From positions 8,810,449 through 8,874,448 of the forward strand of contig CAJINV010000005.1 of NCBI GenBank assembly GCA_905178155.1: DNA of 64,000 bases, read 5' to 3'. Positions 62,137 through 64,000 of the stretch are shown here, piece by piece (the stretch's first letter is position 1; each line of letters starts with the position of its first letter). The notes below the pieces were generated by a model. The model made no database searches. It was given only the letters and a program-made list of their open reading frames with translations, and had not been told where the DNA came from. A program made the position numbers and the translations under genes. The stretch comes from Amoebophrya sp. A120 (Eukaryota; Protista; Dinoflagellata).

Positions 62137-64000
62137 TCATTCCGCCCGCACGTCCCGTGCTGCCTCGACAATCTATGCTGTGCAAAAGTATCGTACTAGT
62201 AGTACTTGCATTACAAATTACCTCAGCGTGACAAGTGGAATTTGTCATGCTGTTTTACCTTGGGATGGAGATTTGTAATGCATGTTCGCAATTACTACGA
62301 GTACGGTACTTTTGCACAGGATACGATCTCCAGTGTTTCGATGATCATCTCTGTCTGCAGTATGGAGTTCTTCCCAAGCGTTTTATTCTCAACTCTTGCA
62401 TGATTTTTGCAATGCAGAGTTGCCATCAGTCTACTCCACACGAGGATGAAGCTGGCACGCATGGAAAATTCTGGAAGGGGTAAATAGCATGGATATTATC
62501 TGTTCCCAATTTGTAATGCAAGAGGCGCAAAATGTCCCCGGCAAATTTTGATGGTCTTGCACTACAAACCCATGCAAGAACCGTTGAGAACGCAACGCTT
62601 GAGAGCGCCATATGCAGTTGCTGCCACTTGTGTTTCTTCATGCTCCCTTCGATTTCTGCCGCCAGAATGCATTGCAAATATGTCTGTGTCTGGAAACCGA
62701 AACTTGTGATGCTAATTTACGAATTGTGAGGGCAGCACTCCAATAGGCAGCCACGCATGACAAGTTTCTGGGCTCCTTTGTGGTTGTTTCGCTTTATTCC
62801 GCATGACGAGCTACATTTTAGGCGTCGAGAGACTCTTTTCCTGCTCCCGCATGACAGGTTCAAGAGTCATGTGAGACAAGCATGACAAACTTGCAATCTT
62901 CCAGAGGACCCAGACATATTCGCATTTGATAGCCAGAATGGTCTCGCCAAACAGACAGGGTTTGCTGCGCTCCACGAGATGCTTCACGCTTACTATGGAT
63001 GGGAGAAAGGATTTTTATTTTTGTATCACGATGGGTTTTTTGATTTTGTCGCAACAAGCTCTTTCGCGTGACAAATTCCATTCTGCAGGAGGACACGAAA
63101 GAACGGTTTCTTGTCCTGCTCCTGATTTATCAATCATAATCTTCACGCGTGGCCATTATGAAGACAAAATGAAAATCATTCCCCTTCTCCCTTCCATACT
63201 CAAGTCCATCTATCAAATGTAAAAATGTCTGGGTCTGGAAGAATCCAACTTGTAATGCTGATTTTGGATTCTAAAAAAATCTGTATTGCATGAGCAACAA
63301 AGAGGGTCCAAGTTTTGCTACACGGAAAGAGCATTTGTCATGCGGTATAGGCATCAGGAAGCCCTCACAAAATCTGTGACGCTAGGGCATGCAGCACAGA
63401 CATCAGGAGTCATGCAAAATGTGCATGACAAACCTGGCAATCTTCCAGACCCAGACATTTTTACATTTGATACCATCTTTCTGCTGACCATCTCTGGAGT
63501 TTCTATTCCCGCCCACTTCTTCAGGTAGATCGCACAGTATGGAGTTCTCAAACGTTCCACTCTCAACTGTTACATGAATCTGTAATGCAAGAATAGAGAA
63601 AAGAAAAGCGGAAATGGGAAGCTACTTGCGCGCTATGCATTACAGGTTTTTCACAGATTCGAATGCCGTGTAGCGCTTTGAGAACTTGTCATGCGAAGCG
63701 GCCTGATCATGTAAATCTTGATGGCAATTTTGCATGACAAACTGAAGGCATGTAAAAGTTGAGAATGCAATTCTCGAGAACCCCATACGCAGGCCCGGGC
63801 ACTGGTAAAGGCGATCACCTCGTTCTCGGGGCACACGTGCGCCCGTATGTCCGCGTATTTTTCCACGGCCTCGTTTGCGATGCCGGTGGGCTATGAAAGT
63901 GCACAACTCGTCCCCATCCCCCTCATTTGTGATGTTGCATGAACAGCAATACAAGCATCAGCAAGAATACAATTTTTGCATGACAAATTTAGACAGGACT
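62137..64000 (-). CDS. 3' end of an unknown protein, 7 short exons in the window
   Basis: Splices to PTGIANEAVEKYADIRAHVCPENEVIAFTSARACAIYLKKWAGIETPEMVSRKMDLSVKHLVERSKPCLFGETILAAEIEGSMKKHKWQQLQTEMIIETLEIVEAARDVRAE*, open across six junctions. Confidence 0.75.
62174..62323. mobile_element. Introner family B
   Basis: TIR; TSD caatc/cgatc. Confidence 0.9.
62361..62612. mobile_element. Introner family H
   Basis: TIR; TSD tgcag. Confidence 0.85.
62666..62931. mobile_element. Introner family A
   Basis: TIR; TSD gccag. Confidence 0.85.
62994..63198. mobile_element. Introner family J
   Basis: TIR TATGGA.GGGAGAA.GG; TSD cttac/ctcaa. Confidence 0.8.
63211..63472. mobile_element. Introner family A
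   Basis: Perfect TIR; TSD ccatc. Confidence 0.95.
63538..63787. mobile_element. Introner family H
   Basis: TIR; TSD cacag/cgcag. Confidence 0.85.
63892..64000. mobile_element. Introner family C, truncated by the window edge
   Basis: Left end TATGAAAGTGCACAA, similar to 52253-52474. Confidence 0.85.

Noticed and set aside
11102-63566. Recurrent peptides such as KMSGSG, LPDPDIF and KNVWVW as a protein family
   Set aside because: They are translations of the family A TIR in different frames.

Overview
Eukaryotic genomic DNA. Eight protein genes all lie on the minus strand: an HTTM-domain membrane protein, a Y/N/S-rich unknown, a putative TM+F-box+Kelch protein, a small membrane protein, MutY glycosylase, a myosin heavy chain, a ~2900-aa low-complexity single-TM protein and a truncated unknown. 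There is also a decayed plus-strand gene nested inside one of them. Nearly every intron I could identify (about 68, hand count) is a mostly 130-330 bp MITE-like element. Each begins TAT and ends ATA, has terminal inverted repeats (TIRs) and is usually flanked by a 5-bp target-site duplication (TSD). Removing the element plus one TSD copy restores the reading frame through conserved catalytic motifs, although most junctions cannot give GT-AG. At least ten TIR types (my labels A-K) share one internal dyad motif, TGT[CGA]ATGC. Near-identical copies sit in both orientations within genes. This architecture matches the non-canonical introner elements reported for the parasitic dinoflagellate Amoebophrya (taxon is an inference). 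Other oddities are a 13-unit ~164-bp hairpin array inside one intron, a 694-bp GC-rich structured insert between 69-bp direct repeats, a net 7-nt micro-exon, and a myosin ending in a polybasic-CCACC tail. All coordinates and counts were read by eye and may be off by a few bases.
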